This document shows, piece after piece, positions 62,829 to 64,000 of a stretch of 64,000 bases of DNA (the stretch's first letter is position 1; every line of letters begins with the position of its first letter). Under the pieces are notes generated by a model. The model was not told the DNA's origin. It made no database searches and saw only the letters and a program-made list of their open reading frames with translations. The DNA is taken from positions 3,104,001 to 3,168,000 of the forward strand of contig CAVWLP010000002.1 of assembly GCA_963755915.1 (NCBI GenBank), in the 5' to 3' direction. The DNA comes from an uncultured Phycisphaerales bacterium (GTDB lineage: Bacteria; Planctomycetota; Phycisphaerae; Tepidisphaerales; Tepidisphaeraceae). The position numbers were made by a program, and so were the translations under genes.

Positions 62829-64000
62829 ATGGTTTCTCGTCGAAAAGGCATCAAGCGATCGGTTTTGGCGATCACCGCCCTGGGCGCGGGTCACGCCTCG
62901 GCCACGGTGTTGACCTTCAACAATTCCCGCAGCGACGGGCAGTTGTACGTCGGCAATTATTCAAATCCGTCTGATCCCATCAGCACATACGGATCGGACG
63001 TGAATTTCGGGTCGGCGACCACGGGCACGACGACCGTCGTCGAGAACGCGAGCAATACTTACACGTTCAACTATCAGGAAGGGAACGGTTGGACGCCGAA
63101 TGTCGCGGTCGGCTACAGCATCGGCCCCTCTCCGGCGGTGGCGATCAATTACACCGGTCCGGGCAGCGAGTGGCCGAACGGCGCTGCGGAGCTTCAGAGT
63201 TCCGTCAGCAATCCTAACGACAGCTTTTACTTTACCTTCACGCCGCAGTCGGGATATGCGGTTCGCGTCGACCAGCTCGAATTCGTCAACGCTTCTTATG
63301 GAAGCATGTCGCTGGGGCTTGCCGTCTACGAGAATGCGGCTGGTGGCACCGCGATGGTGGCGCCGTACGCTCCTCCGGCACTGGGTTCCGGGCCGGGCGT
63401 GACGGACACCGTCAATCTTCAAACGCAGGGTTCACAGTTTTATCAGGGCACCGTGGTTCTCCAAGTGTACGTCGCAACGGGCAGTGGGGGTGCCCTGGGC
63501 CTGACCGATTTGAGCTTTGACGAGGAACCGGTCGCTGGTTTTGGCGCGTGGAACGTTGCGGGCTCCGGCGACTGGAATGTGGCAGCCAACTGGGGCGGCG
63601 ACGCCGTGCCCAACGGCGTGGGCGTCAACGCGACGCTTGGAAGCCTGATTTCCTCTGCCGAAACCGTATTCAGCAATGCCGCAGTCACGCTCGGTTCACT
63701 GACGTTTAACAACGCCAATACCTACGTCATCACCGGGGCGGGCAGCCTTAGCATGCAGACAAATTCCGGCAACGCCGGCATCAACGTCGAGCAGGGAACG
63801 CAGGAAATGAACATCCCGCTGGTTATCTCCAGCAGCACGGCACTGAATGTCGCCGCCTCGTCCACGCTTGTGATTGGCAATCCGCTCACGATCAATTCCG
63901 GCGCAAGCCTTACCCAGAGCGGCGCCGGGACGGTGACTTACAACTCCGTCATCAATGTGGCAAGCTCGGCGAGCATCCAGTTCGCAAATTCGACGCACGC
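62829..64000 (+). CDS. Third paralog of the MVSRR-type surface protein (3' end beyond window)
   Basis: Open frame from ATG 62829: MVSRRKGIKRS...FNNSRSDG...STYGSDVNFGSA...GNGWTPNV...SGDWNVAANWGG. Confidence 0.88.
   Translation, partial: MVSRRKGIKRSVLAITALGAGHASATVLTFNNSRSDGQLYVGNYSNPSDPISTYGSDVNFGSATTGTTTVVENASNTYTFNYQEGNGWTPNVAVGYSIGPSPAVAINYTGPGSEWPNGAAELQSSVSNPNDSFYFTFTPQSGYAVRVDQLEFVNASYGSMSLGLAVYENAAGGTAMVAPYAPPALGSGPGVTDTVNLQTQGSQFYQGTVVLQVYVATGSGGALGLTDLSFDEEPVAGFGAWNVAGSGDWNVAANWGGDAVPNGVGVNATLGSLISSAETVFSNAAVTLGSLTFNNANTYVITGAGSLSMQTNSGNAGINVEQGTQEMNIPLVISSSTALNVAASSTLVIGNPLTINSGASLTQSGAGTVTYNSVINVASSASIQFANSTH

Noticed and set aside
56782-62860. Tat export for the MVSRR signal peptides
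   Set aside because: They lack the RRxFL consensus; Sec export is equally plausible

Overview
GC-rich bacterial DNA, probably Planctomycetota (Phycisphaerae/Tepidisphaera-like). This is inferred from a LEPRxLL motif, a DUF1559/H-X9-DG prepilin-like protein, PEP-CTERM proteins with dockerin-like repeats, and sulfatases. The blocks in order are: (1) 1-10.3 kb, a minus-strand operon in which a giant DUF4347/Ig-repeat surface protein is coupled to a membrane PAS protein, three receiver proteins and two histidine kinases, one with an ethylene-receptor-like sensor; (2) two tandem sulfatases with a divergent radical-SAM maturase; (3) fdhA, an FAD/Fe-S oxidoreductase and a DeoR-led sugar catabolic operon; (4) a class-III aminotransferase operon with two orphan genes; (5) a rearranged zone with truncated genes, two TPR-GT41 genes, an IS4 element and a GH2 gene; (6) LacI- and GntR-linked carbohydrate loci whose candidate operators are readable from the sequence, followed by a prepilin-like gene and four PEP-CTERM surface proteins. 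About ten frameshifts fall at GCGC sites and look like systematic sequencing errors rather than real decay. Three junctions between truncated genes suggest deletions or misassembly. No rRNA, tRNA or CRISPR array was recognised. All family calls come from motifs read by eye, not from database searches.
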